Notes: generated from the letters alone by a model not told the origin. Positions 10,887 through 23,201 are shown, numbered from the stretch's first letter. The stretch is DNA of 64,000 bases from Octopus vulgaris (GCA_951406725.2 OX597840.1:14136001-14200000); one strand, 5' to 3'. Made by a program: numbers and translations.

Positions 10887-11240
10887 GAGGTGCAATGGCT
10901 CAGTGGTTAGGCCAGCGGGCTCGTGGTTTTGATTCCCAGACTGAGCGTTGTAAATGTTTATTGCTCCACGAGGCTCTGGCAGGGGGTGGTGGCGAATCCT
11001 GCTGTACTCTTTTACCATAACTTTCTCTCACTCTTTCTTCCTGTTTCTGTTGTACCTGTATTTCAAAGGGGCCAGCCTTGTCACACTCTGTGTCACGCTG
11101 AATCTCTCCTGAGAACTATGTTAAGGGTACATGTGTCTGTGGCGTGCTCAGCCACTTCACTTGCATGTTAATTTCACGAGCAGGCTGTTCCGTTGATCGG
11201 ATCAACTGCAACCCTCGTTGCTGTAACTGATGGAGCGCCA
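10887..11240 (+). mobile_element. SINE family C
   Basis: Homologous to 4287-4670. Confidence 0.85.
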
Positions 11241-11270
11241 CGATAAATAAATAAATAAATATATTTTATT

Positions 11271-11620
11271 TTTTTACTTGTTTCGGTCATTTGACTGTGG
11301 CCATGCTGGAGCACCACCTTTACTCAAGCAAATCGACCCCAGGACTTATTCATTGTAAGCCCAGTACTTATTCTATCGGTTTCTTTTGCCGAAGCGCTAA
11401 GTGATGGGGATGTAAACACAGCAGCATTGGTTGTCAAGTGATGTTGGTGAGACAAACACAGACACACAAACACACACACATATACGATGTCTTGTACTAT
11501 AGCCTTGGTCGGCCCAAGGCTATAGTATAAGACACTTGCCCAAGGTGCCTCGCTGTGGGACTGAACCCAGAACTATGTGGTTGGTAAGCAAGCTACTTAC
11601 CACACAGCCACTCCTGTGCC
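11271..11620 (-). mobile_element. SINE family A
   Basis: Reverse-complement homolog of 62249-62665 with a small internal deletion. Confidence 0.88.
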
Positions 11621-11647
11621 TGTATATAAATAAATAAATATATATAT

Positions 11648-11988
11648 AATTGCAGCGTGGAAGGTGTTTATAAGCCGTTTAATAAACACACAAAAACCGT
11701 TAGATTCACTTCAACATTTAAATTTAATTTGCCAAAATATTTTCGTCGCTTTGAGATTGTGATCTGTTCACTGACAAAATTCTGTGCTGTATCTGAGAAA
11801 GTAACTGTTAGTTCATCTAACTAACTGTTACGAAAATATTTTGGCAAATTAAATTTAAATGTTGAAGTGAAACTAACGGTTTTTGTGTGTTTATTAAATG
11901 GCTTATAAATACCTTCCACGCTGCAATTGTTTTCATTCCAGCACACGAGCTCAGATCAGGTCACTTGCTATGCAAGTACATCTACGTA
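11648..11988. mobile_element. PLE-like fold-back element (99-bp arms) with variant hammerhead candidate
   Basis: Arms 11648-11746 and 11830-11928 with 3 mismatches, flanked by (TA)n; minus-strand motif at 11728-11778. Confidence 0.75.
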
Positions 11989-12047
11989 ATATATATATAT
12001 GTGTGTGTGTAAATAAATACATCATATATATGTATATAAATAAATAT

Positions 12048-12337
12048 CACCATCCACTCGTGTTCGTTGCCAGCCTCAGCTGGCCCGTGCCGGTGACACG
12101 TAAAAGCACCATCCGTTCGTGGCCGTTGTGCCAGCTCTGTCTGGCACCTGTGCAGGTGGCACGTAAAAAACACCCACTACACTCGCGGAGTGGTTGGCGT
12201 TAGGAAGGGCATCCAGCCGTAGAAACACAGCCAAATCTGACTGGGCCTGATGAAGCCTTCCGGCTTCACAGACCCCAGTTAAACTGTCCAACCCATGCTA
12301 GCATGGAAAACGGACGCTAAATGATGATGATGATGAT
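12048..12337 (+). mobile_element. RTE-tailed non-autonomous retroposon, family E, with (GAT)n tail
   Basis: gtggcacgtaaaa-gcacc modules, gtggttggcgttaggaagggcatccagccgtagaaa, catgctagcatggaaaacggacg, then (gat)n. Confidence 0.85.
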
Positions 12338-13797
12338 ATAATATATATCACATATATATATAAAATTATAAATGTGTGTCTCTGTGATATATGTATTATA
12401 TCTCATACAATTTAGTCTATTATTTATTTCATTTTTATTTCCTTTTTCTGATTATATTGTTTTTATTTCATTGTTTTTATTCTTCTTTCAACTTCAAGGG
12501 AAATGATTTTTTATTTCCTCTTATCTCAGTGAAACCGTTCCTTCCCCTGCATTTCTCATTTGCAACACTTGAGGCACAAGTCTTAGTCTTAGGAACATTC
12601 TTATCACTAGCAAATTCTTTGCATTGACGGAATACATAAAACTGATTACATAAAAACCAAAACTTTATGCGTTTCTGTGTATATATACATACATACACAC
12701 ATGCATATATACATTGTGTCACACATACCATTCAGTTTGCTGTAGCATACAACAATGCAGATTTCATTGTTAAGTTATACATGCACAAACACATGTATTA
12801 CATGTATTTATCACTACAGCCTTCACTCATAATCAAAGTTGATTTGGTACCGTGTACCTTAGTTTTGCGTTTGTTTTCTCTTGGGTACCCATTGAGTAGT
12901 GAGCAGGCTCAGACATTCTCTAGTTTTTGTTGTCAATTAAAGCAATGATGTTGTCGTGTATGGAGAATCTTTACACCGGTATTAATAACACACTCACTGG
13001 TTCAATTCTATTCCTTCATTAATAATCAATTGGTTAAATATCTATCCAAATAACAAATTGATCATTTGTTTAATTTGGTTAAATAGTCAGATTTTTTAAT
13101 ACTTTTTTTGTGCATCAAAGTTCTTTTGTTGCCATTCACAACCGTTGCCGTTAAATGTCTTTGCAGCTAACCTTTTAGTTAGTCTAGGTACTTTAACCAA
13201 TTGACTAACAATAAAGGAGTGGAACTGAACCAGAGCATGTGTTGTTAATATTGATGTAGTGACTCTCCCAAGACACCTCAACGTTTGTTCCAATACATGA
13301 ATTCCCATAAAGAATCTTGCAATCCAGATACAAAATCGAAGGAAGGCAATGATGTTACTCCAAAAAATTAGTTGTTCCATTTGATGTTAGTAGGTTTCCA
13401 ACATAGAGGTGGATCCTGAAGGACTAGTTTATTGAAATGAGGTTGGATGGTGAAAGGTGGAATCTGAGGTGAGACAGTAAAGACCCAGAACAGATATGAC
13501 AAGGCATTGCAAGGCATCTGCCATTATAGTACCTGGATTGGTACTTCATTCCTCAATCACCGGTATAAAGCACCTGCTCAGATATTTTAATTATTAACCA
13601 CCAAAATAAAGTACCAAGAATGGTACTTTATATGTCACCCAGATATAGAGTGCCTCACCTGGTACTTTATTTGTCAGCCATTTCAAAGCTATGAGGCAAA
13701 AATGATCTTGATAGGTTTTGAATGGGAGTACAGGTACCCTGAAAATATATCGTAACACATTCTACATGATGCTGTAAAGAATCTACCAATTTACTAC

Positions 13798-13829
<32 letters not shown>

Positions 13830-13989
13830 TGTATATATATATGTGTGTGTGTATGTGTGCGTGTGTATATATATATATATGTGTATGTGTGCGTGTGTAT
13901 ATATATATATGTATATATGTGTGTGTGTGTATACACACACACACATGTATATACTGGAAATAGAATACATTATCTATATATGTATATAT

Positions 13990-14170
13990 TCTAGATTTTT
14001 AAGGATCCTGGGCCAACAGATTTTGGGATCTAATGATATGCCATAAAACTAAGCACTTTATGGACTGGAAACCTAAGGCAGCCCCATAAACCGGCCTTCC
14101 CCATTTCTCATATATACTGCTTTACATCTTAGAGTGTGCTACTTTTAAATTTGTCTTTTACAGGCAATAA
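13990..14170 (+). mobile_element. PLE pseudo-LTR fragment H3 with decayed hammerhead
   Basis: gggat ctaatga ... ccataaa/tttatgg ... gaaac ctaag gca; homologous to the minus strand of 31210-31305. Confidence 0.55.
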
Positions 14171-14171
14171 A

Positions 14172-14219
<48 letters not shown>

Positions 14220-14232
14220 AATATATATATAT

Positions 14233-14264
<32 letters not shown>

Positions 14265-14307
14265 GCTTATTTATATGTATATTAAACTCATTACATGTGC
14301 TTGTAGA

Positions 14308-14363
14308 AAGGCTGGTAGAAAGAATTCTTCAGAGGCATCTGAAGAATTCTTTCTACCAGCCTT
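14308..14363. repeat. Perfect 26-bp hairpin with GGCA loop
   Basis: aaggctggtagaaagaattcttcaga / tctgaagaattctttctaccagcctt; related sequence at 14540-14600. Confidence 0.95.
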
Positions 14364-14630
14364 GAAGCATCTAGTGGAAAGACATAAAAACACAATTACA
14401 AATCATTTGATATACACATATATGTATATACACACTCACATACACATATCTGTATGTATGTGCATATATACCCATATATATATATAAATATCTGTATGTA
14501 TGTACATGAACTGCTTTGTAATTATGTTTGTTCATATTGGTCTTTCTTTCTATTACATGTTTCCAGGCAGCTGGCAGAAAGAGTTCTTTAGAGACAACTA
14601 AACACATGTAACAAGTTTGATACATACACA

Positions 14631-14668
<38 letters not shown>

Positions 14669-15169
14669 GATGCTATGCGCGCACACACACACACACACAT
14701 ATGTCTAAAAGGTAGATAGATAGATTGATGGGCAGATACATAGAGAAATTTATAAAGATGAACATAGATGGCTGGATAAAAGAGATAAGAGAGACAGGCA
14801 GACTGTTAGAGAGAGTGTGGGAGAACCCTCTTGTTGCATTGAATGATGTAACAAATATAAAACGTCTATAAATAATGGGACGGCTGAATGGTTTTGGTCG
14901 AGATATACACAGTTAGATTAAGGACTTGTTTGCTTTGTTCTTTGTTTCTTTTTTATTTCCCTCTTTCTCTGTGATTTGACATAGTTGTGATATTTATTTT
15001 CATGTTGTTTACATTCAAAAGAATGTCGAAACGTTCAGGAAATCGGTAAGCATAAATAGATGTTAACAGTTGCCGTTTCTAAGTGTTACAATTCTAATCA
15101 AACAGTTTCTCCCTCACATCCCTTCTCTCTCTCTCTGTTTCCCTCTCTCTCTCTCCCTCTTGCTCCCTC

Positions 15170-16005
15170 TATGTATGTATGTCTGTGTGTGTGTCTGTCT
15201 GTATATACACACATATATATATGTATATGTATACATGTATATATATATGTGTATACATATGTGTGTAAATATGTATATATGTGTGTGTGTGTGTATATGT
15301 GTATATATGTATGTATATATATGCATGTATGTATATGTGTATATATATGTATGTATATATATATGCATGTATGTATATATATGCATGTATGTATATGTGT
15401 ATATATATGTATGTATATATATGCATGTATGTATATGTGTATATATATGTATGTATATATATGCATGTATGTATATGTGTATATATATGTATGTATATAT
15501 ATGCATGTATGTATATGTGTATATATATGTATGTATATATATGCATGTATGTATATGTGTATATATGTGTATGTATATATATGCATGTATGTATATGTGT
15601 ATATATGTGTATGTATATATATGCATGTATGTATATGTGTATATATATGTATATATATATATATATATGCATGTATGTGTATATATGTATGTTTGTATAT
15701 GCATGCGTGTATATATGTGCATATATATATGTGTGTATCTGTATACATATATGTGTATATGTGTGTATAAATGTGTATATATGCATGTGTATATGTATAT
15801 ATGTGTATATGCATGTGTATATGTATATATGTGTATATGTGTGTATATATGTGTATGTATATATATATACATGTATATGTAGTGTGTGCATGTGTGTATA
15901 CATATATCTATGTTCATATATATGTGTGTTCATATGTATGTGTGTATCTACATGTACATATATGTGTGCATGTGTATGTACATGCATGTGTCTATGTGTG
16001 TGTGC
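15170..16005. repeat. (TATG/TA) microsatellite containing a 40-bp higher-order repeat
   Basis: Unit atgcatgtatgtatatgtgtatatatatgtatgtatatat recurs every 40 nt from about 15381 to 15660. Confidence 0.9.
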
Positions 16006-16669
16006 ATTCTTTATTATATGAGAATACTACAGAGTCAAGAGTTTGAAGGAAATTACTAATCAAATGGATGGTGAAAAAATTTGGAGAAAAAAGAGCAAAG
16101 TTTCTCAGAAAGCATACATTCTGATTTACATAAAAACATACGCTTAAATGCCTCCACACACACACGCAAAAAGAGAGAAGCATATCTGTTTTGCAAACCT
16201 TGCACGCTCATATATAGATGTGTATGTGTGTGTGTTGAAAACACTTAGAAGTGCAGACCTGGGAAGAAATATATAAAATAATGTAGGGAAGTTTAGAATA
16301 AAGACCAAAAACAAATACTAAAAATTTTAATAAAATATATATATGAAGAATTAGAAAGAATTAGAAAGAAAACTCTGTGTAAGAAAAGACATAATTGAGA
16401 GAGAGAGAAGTGTGCTTATATTAAATCTGGTATTGAAGATATTAAAAAGAATGAGCGAGTGTAGAATGGTAATGGTGGTGGAGGTTATTCGAGAACAAGA
16501 TATGGACGAGTTAGGTCAGGAAGGAAGAACAGAAATCATCAGATGAAATGTGCAATAAAAATCTGAAATGTTCATCATCAGCGTAACACTTCTGTTGATG
16601 TGTGTCTGAAATTTGTAACACCAATGGATGGATGTACACAATATAGGAGACGTAATAGAAATTCATAGA

Positions 16670-17000
16670 TACATAAATACATACATACATACATAGATAA
16701 ATGCAAGCTTACATACATACATAAATACACACATACATACATACATACATACATAAATGCAAGCTTACATACATAAATGCAAGCATACATACATACATAA
16801 ATACACACATACATACATACATACATAAATGCAAGCTTACATACATAAATGCAAGCTTACATACATAAATGCAAGCATACATACATACATAAATACACAC
16901 ATACATACATACATACATAAATGCAAGCATACATACATACGTACATTCATACATATATAAATGCATACATACATTCGCATATATGCTCATATACATATGC
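16670..17000. repeat. (TACA)n array with recurrent taaatgcaagc(tt) units
   Basis: Directly visible; partly 20-bp periodic. Confidence 0.85.
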
Positions 17001-17089
17001 ATTCAAGCATGCATGTTGATATACACACATATTAATTTAATATACATATCTTGATATTTATCTCTCATTGGATGTATATATGTATATCG

Positions 17090-17395
17090 TCTTCATTTGA
17101 TGTCCATTGTCCATGCTGGCGTGGATTTGACGGTTTGACTGGGGCTGGTAAGCTGGAAGGCATTACCAGACTTCAGTCTGATTTGGCATGGATGCCCTTC
17201 CTAGCGCCAACCACTCTGAGAGTGTAAAGGGTGCTTTTACGTGCCACTGGCACTGGCGCCATTTGTGTGACACCAGTATCTGCCATGACTGCAATTTTGC
17301 TTGGTTTGATGGGTCTTCTTCTCGTGCATGACATAAGGCCAAAGGTCTTGGTCATTGCCTCCATGGGGCCCAACATTCGAAAGGAACTCAGCCAT
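17090..17395 (-). mobile_element. Family E retroposon (variant 5' end)
   Basis: ggatgcccttcctagcgccaaccactc...gtgcttttacgtgccac; 5' part homologous to 63120-63230. Confidence 0.8.
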
Positions 17396-17867
17396 TTGTA
17401 CATTTTGGGGTCGATAAATTAAGTACCAGTGAAACACTGGGGTCTACGTAATCGACTTACTCCCTCCCCCTAAATTCCTTAGTAGAAAGGAATATTTTAC
17501 TTGTAAAATTTAATAAATATGTACTCTGATTAAAAGTATTGAGTACTCTTTCAGTTTACTGTTCAATTACTTTTATACTGAGCTGGAAGGAAAAAAAACA
17601 AAACAAACATTAAAACACACATGCACACACACATATATGCATGTTTGCAGGCTGTGCGATTAAGAAGTTTATTTTGAAACTATATAGTATGAGTTTGAGT
17701 TTTCCAGTTTCAGCTAATGAGCTGTGGCCATGCTGAGGCACCGCCATTTATGTGGGTTTTGGTCTCATAACATGGGTGCTGTGAGCTGGTGCCCTCTACT
17801 ATGTCTGTAGGCTGACCAATATCTTGTGAATAAAATTGGTTGATGGGAACAGAAGAAGCCTCTCTCC

Positions 17868-17906
<39 letters not shown>

Positions 17907-18249
17907 CACGCACACACACATACATTCATATGTGCAAGTTTGTGTGAGTAAGTTTGAATTTCCCCTCATCTTCACACGTGTTTGTCGATTGTAAACAAAA
18001 GCCTCATCGTTCATACAAAGTGTCATTCACTTGCAGTCCATGAAAGCTTATCCGGGCTTCTTGACATGTCCTGAATTTGTAGGGATTTGAATTCCAACTA
18101 CAAAATTTTCATGAGTAAGTTATAATCAAATCCTATGAATTTTATGGGAACAACCTAGAAATTGACCAATCAGCTTGAAGCTATGCCAGGAACAGTATCT
18201 TGAATATTCTTGAAATTCACATCCTTTTTCCCTAGTTAAGCAGATTAGT

Positions 18250-18495
18250 GGAGGCTTGTGACTTAGTGATTTGGGTGTTGGACTCATGATTGTAAGATTG
18301 TAATTTCAATTCCACAACCTGGCGATGCATTGTATTCTTGAGCAAAAGACTTCATTTCCTGTTGCTCCAGTCCACTCACCTAGCAAAAATGAGCAACCCT
18401 GTGATGAACTGGCATCTCATCCAGGTGCGAAATTTATACATCTTGGAAACCGGGAAACTGGCCCTTATGAGCCTGGAATGGCTCAAGAAGGTAAC
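18250..18495 (+). mobile_element. SINE family D, short-tail variant
   Basis: tRNA-like head and ttcttgagcaaaagacttcatttcctgttgctccagtccactca segment. Confidence 0.65.
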
Positions 18496-18815
18496 TTTTT
18501 TTTAGTTAAGCAGACTAAATTAGAGAAGGGTGATATCAGCATTCATGTAAGACAGATTTTTGCCCCCACATAACAGACTAAGGGAAAACAACAGCAATTT
18601 CTGGTGGACTCATCCTTTATCTAATAATTCTTGTAACAATATGGATTTGATAATTTGTGTATGTGCCTAACCTTCTTTTAATAAAATCTGTTGTTGAATG
18701 TGCGTAAATCTGGTTTTGTTGTATTGTATGCAGCTAGCTTTATCTCATATTCAATTAATAAAGCTACATCAATATTTCTCATGATATCGTGACCCTGCAA
18801 AAACGGTGAGTCAAC

Positions 18816-20707
18816 AAAGAAAGGCCTACACTGACCAAGCAGTGGGACAAGTTCTTTGTAAAAAGGAAAGGCCTACACTGACAAACCAGTTGGACAAATT
18901 CCTTGTAAAAAGGAAAGGCCTACACTGACCAACCAGTGGGATAAGTTCTTTGTAAAAAGGAAAGGCTTACACTGACCAACCAGTTGGACAAATTCTTTGT
19001 AAAAAGGAAAGGCTTACACTGACCAACCAGTTGGACAAATTCCTTGTAAAAAGGAAAGGCCTACACTGACCAACCAGTGGGATAAGTTCTTTGTAAAAAG
19101 GAAAGGCTTACACTGACCAACCAGTTGGACAAATTCTTTGTAAAAAGAAAGGCCTACACTGACCAACCAGTTGGACAAATTCCTTGTAAAAAGGAAAGGC
19201 CTACACTGACCAACCAGTGGGATAAGTTCTTTGTAAAAAGGAAAGGCTTACACTGACCAACCAGTTGGACAAATTCTTTGTAAAAAGGAAAGGCTTACAC
19301 TGACCAACCAGTTGGACAAATTCTTTGAAAAAAAGAAAGGCCTACACTGACCAACCAGTTGGACAAATTCTTTGAAAAAAAGAAAGGCCTACACTGACCA
19401 ACCAGTGGGATAAGTTCTTTGTAAAAAAGAAAGGCCTACACTGACCAACCAGTTGGACAAATTCTTTGAAAAAAAGAAAGGCCTACACTGACCAACCAGT
19501 TGGACAAATTCTTTGAAAAAAAGAAAGGCCTACACTGACCAACCAGTTGGACAAATTCTTTGAAAAAAGAAAGGCCTACACTGACCAACCAGTGGGATAA
19601 GTTCTTTGTAAAAAAGGCCTACACTGACCAACCAGTTGGACAAATTCTTTGAAAAAAGAAAGGCCTACACTGACCAACCAGTGGGATAAGTTCTTTGTAA
19701 AAAAAGAAAGGCCTACACTGACCAACCAGTTGGACAAATTCTTTGAAAAAAAGAAAGGCCTACACTGACCAACCAGTGGGATAAGTTCTTTGTAAAAAAG
19801 AAAGGCCTACACTGACCAACCAGTTGGACAAATTCTTTGAAAAAAGAAAGGCCTACACTGACCAACCAGTTGGACAAATTCTTTGAAAAAAAGAAAGGCC
19901 TACACTGACCAACCAGTGGGATAAGTTCTTTGCAAAAAGAAAGGCCTACACTGACCAACCAGTTGGACAAATTCTTTGAAAAAAGAAAGGCCTACACTGA
20001 CCAACCAGTTGGACAAATTCTTTGAAAAAAAGAAAGGCCTACACTGACCAACCAGTGGGATAAGTTCTTTGCAAAAAAGAAAGGCCTACACTGAACAACC
20101 AGTTGGACAAATTCTTTGAAAAAAGAAAGGCCTACACTGACCAACCAGTGGGATAAGTTCTTTGTAAAAAAGAAAGGCCTACACTGACCAACCAGTTGGA
20201 CAAATTCTTTGAAAAAAAGAAAGGCCTACACTGACCAACCAGTGGGATAAATTCTTTGAAAAAAGAAAGGCCTACACTGACCAACCAGTTGGACAAATTC
20301 TTTGAAAAAAGAAAGGCCTACACTGACCAACCAGTGGGATAAGTTCTTTGAAAAAAGAAAGGCCTACACTGACCAACCAGTGGGATAAGTTCTTTGTAAA
20401 AAAGAAAGGCTTACACTGACCAACCAGTTGGACAAATTCTTTGAAAAAAGAAAGGCCTACACTGACCAACCAGTGGGTTCTTTGAAAAAAGAAAGGCTTC
20501 TTTGTACAAATTCTTTGTAAAAAGAAAGGCCTACACTGACCAACCAGTTGGACAAATTCTTTGAAAAAAGAAAGGCCTACACTGACCAACCAGTGGGATA
20601 AGTTCTTTGTAAAAAAGAAAGGCCTACACTGAACAACCAGTTGGACAAATTCTTTGAAAAAAAGAAAGGCCTACACTGACCAACCAGTGAGAGAAGTTCT
20701 CTGTAAA
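18816..20707. repeat. Minisatellite, about 40 units of ~46-47 bp, two interspersed variants
   Basis: Unit aaaggcctacactgaccaaccag[ttggacaaattc|tgggataagttc]tttg(t)aaaaaag; length varies in the A-run; no spacers. Confidence 0.97.
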
Positions 20708-21144
20708 CAAAATGCTCCCTACACATACAAATGACATTCACACACATACATACATGCACATCCACCTATTAACCCACATCCTGCATGTAATACTATTGTA
20801 ACTGTACGTCTCTGTACTGTGCTTGTGATTTTGTATTGCTATCAGATGATGTTCCATTGTGATATGTAATTAGCCCGTTTCTTTGGTCTTGACCAAAGCT
20901 AACCTGCAGCCAAACAATGAGAACAACAAAAGCTGCAATAGCACCAACAACTACAATAACAACAACAGTTATAAAGTGAAATCTTGGTAAAAAAAAAGAA
21001 TTATTTTGTCTTTTTGCTAAGAATAAAAGAAAATTTAAAGCAAAGCTTCAGTTTCCTGTGACTTGGAAATGGCGATATGACGATAACATCTTCTAATATG
21101 CTGCTGCTGCTATTACTACTACTACTACTACTAGTAATAATAAT

Positions 21145-21545
21145 GGCTTCAAATTTTCCCACAAGAGCAGTCATTTTGGGGGAAGGAGACTTGTTGATTA
21201 CATCGACCCCAGTGTTTCACTGGTACTTAATTTATCAATCCCAAAATGATGAAAGGCAAAGTCAACTTTGGTGGGATTTGAACTCAGAACGTAAAGACTG
21301 ATGAAATACCTATTTCTTTACTACCCGCAAGGGGCTAAACACAGAGAGGACAAACAAGGACAGACAAATGGATTAAGTCGATTATATTGACCCCAGTGCG
21401 TAACTGGTACTTATTTAATCGACCCCAAAAGGATGAAAGGCAAAGTCGACCTCGGTGGAATTTGAACTCAGAACATACACGGTAGACAAAATACCGCTAA
21501 TCATTTCGCCTGGCGTGCTAATATTTCTGCTAGCTCACCGCCCAT
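21145..21545 (-). mobile_element. SINE family B, dimeric arrangement
   Basis: Two monomers joined at (minus strand) aaagaaata|ggtatttc; same junction as 50826-51205. Confidence 0.85.
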
Positions 21546-21589
21546 CTTAATAATGATGATGATGATGATAATAATAATAATGATAATAA

Positions 21590-21765
21590 CATCAAGAAAA
21601 AATCCTTAGGAATGAGAACCCAGGTTCAAAATTCCCCCAAGACACCTGATAAAGACTGGAGGGTATATCAGCTGAAATGTGTTAACAACAAACAAGATGA
21701 GGACAAATATCCGTCAAATGTAAATAATGTACATAATTCCTCATCCCTTAAATATAAAACTGTAT
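21590..21765 (+). mobile_element. Penelope pseudo-LTR (family H4) with decayed hammerhead at 21641-21683
   Basis: Homologous to the minus strand of 44798-44945, which adjoins a GIY-YIG relic; gacac ctgataa agactg...cagct gaaat gtgtt. Confidence 0.75.
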
Positions 21766-22246
21766 AATATAGACCCTAATATTCTTGATTTCTACACTGT
21801 GCCTATGACCATCCTTTGAGGTAATTTATCATTGTTGTTGCATAAGTCATGTATCCTTCCAGTTGTACCAATTACAAATGCATCTAAGGACACATTCTTT
21901 CAGTGTCACAATGTTTTTTAATCCAACAGCTGAACCCTGTATAATTCCTTGTATCAGGCTCGTTTGACCCACCATTACAGTTGTTTGAGATTGTTATGAT
22001 GATAATTAGTTCATTATTGTAATTTTTGTCATTAAAAATAATGTCAAGCTTATAATTTAATCTCCTACTCTGTCTCTGCACCAAAGGCCAACAGTAATGT
22101 GTTTGGTTGTTTTTAAAGCTGGGTGGAGATTCTTAATGAGAACCACTGAGCTTTTCCTTGAATGATTTGAAATGTGGGGTGACTAAGTAGACACAGAGAA
22201 GCTTACTACATTATTTATGTACCACCAAATATATTTTGTAATTATT

Positions 22247-22552
22247 GAAGGTGTATGGCTCAGTGGTTAGAGTGTCGGGCTCACAATCATGAGGTTGTGC
22301 GTTCAGTTCCTGAACTGGGCGCGTGTTATATTCTTGAGCAAGACACTTTATTTCACATTGCTCCAGTTCACTTATTTGTAGAAATGAGTTGTGATGTCAC
22401 TGGTGCCAAGCTGTATCATGGCCTTTGCCTTTTCTTTGGATAACATTGGTGGTGTAGAGAGAAGAGGCTGGTATGCATGAGTGACTGCTGGTCTTACATA
22501 AACAACCGTGTCCGAACTTGTACCTAGGAAGGCAACTCCCTAGGATACAACA
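22247..22552 (+). mobile_element. SINE family D (third tail variant)
   Basis: gaaggtgtatggctcagtggttagagtg head; tail homologous to 27236-27567. Confidence 0.8.
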
Positions 22553-23075
22553 TTTTGTCCCTCTATCTCTTCTCTTCCCATGTGACTGGCGTTCGGCCAA
22601 GCCTGATCTTTCTTGGCTGTTGTCTGTGCAACATCGATATTCCTCCCTGTGCCTGTGAAATCTTGTATCCCTGCCGTAAGACTTTATTTCCACACACACC
22701 AGTTTAATTTAATTCGTCCTTAGCCGAAAGACACCTGTTGTTATGTCTTGTTATTATTTTTATTGTATTTGTATAAAATAGTCTGTTTTTATTCCGTCCT
22801 TGTTTTTGTATACATTCACTGCTTTCTTCCAAGGAATTTAATGCTCTTAGCTTAGTTTCTCCTTGGAGTTGGCCAGATTGGAGCAATCTTGAGTATAATC
22901 AGCCGAAATTGTGAAGATAATCTGGTACTCGACTGAGGAAAGAAAACTTTGAATGACCCATCCTTGGTTTCTTTGTATCAACTATCTAGATGTTTGTTTG
23001 TCATTTTTGTATCACCTAACTGTTCAGATGTTTTGCACTCTTGTCCCATTTTGTATTTTTTATATATGTATATTT

Positions 23076-23125
<50 letters not shown>

Positions 23126-23201
23126 ACACACACGCATACACACACACACACATGCATACACACATACATACATACATACATACATACATACATACATACA
23201 T

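Noticed and set aside
13096-13380. 94-aa non-repetitive ORF as possible host exon
   Set aside because: No recognisable motif or convincing splice context in any frame.
18816-20707. CRISPR array or coding repeat
   Set aside because: Units are contiguous with no unique spacers, there are no cas genes, the context is eukaryotic, and variable A-runs break every frame.
22247-22320. Functional tRNA genes at SINE heads (also 4287, 8825, 27236, 44970)
   Set aside because: Stems are imperfect and each continues into repeat body; treated as tRNA-derived modules.
22860-22920. Hammerhead-like stem followed by GAAA (also 15000-15045 and 53715-53760)
   Set aside because: No recognisable CUGANGA-type strand; too decayed to call.
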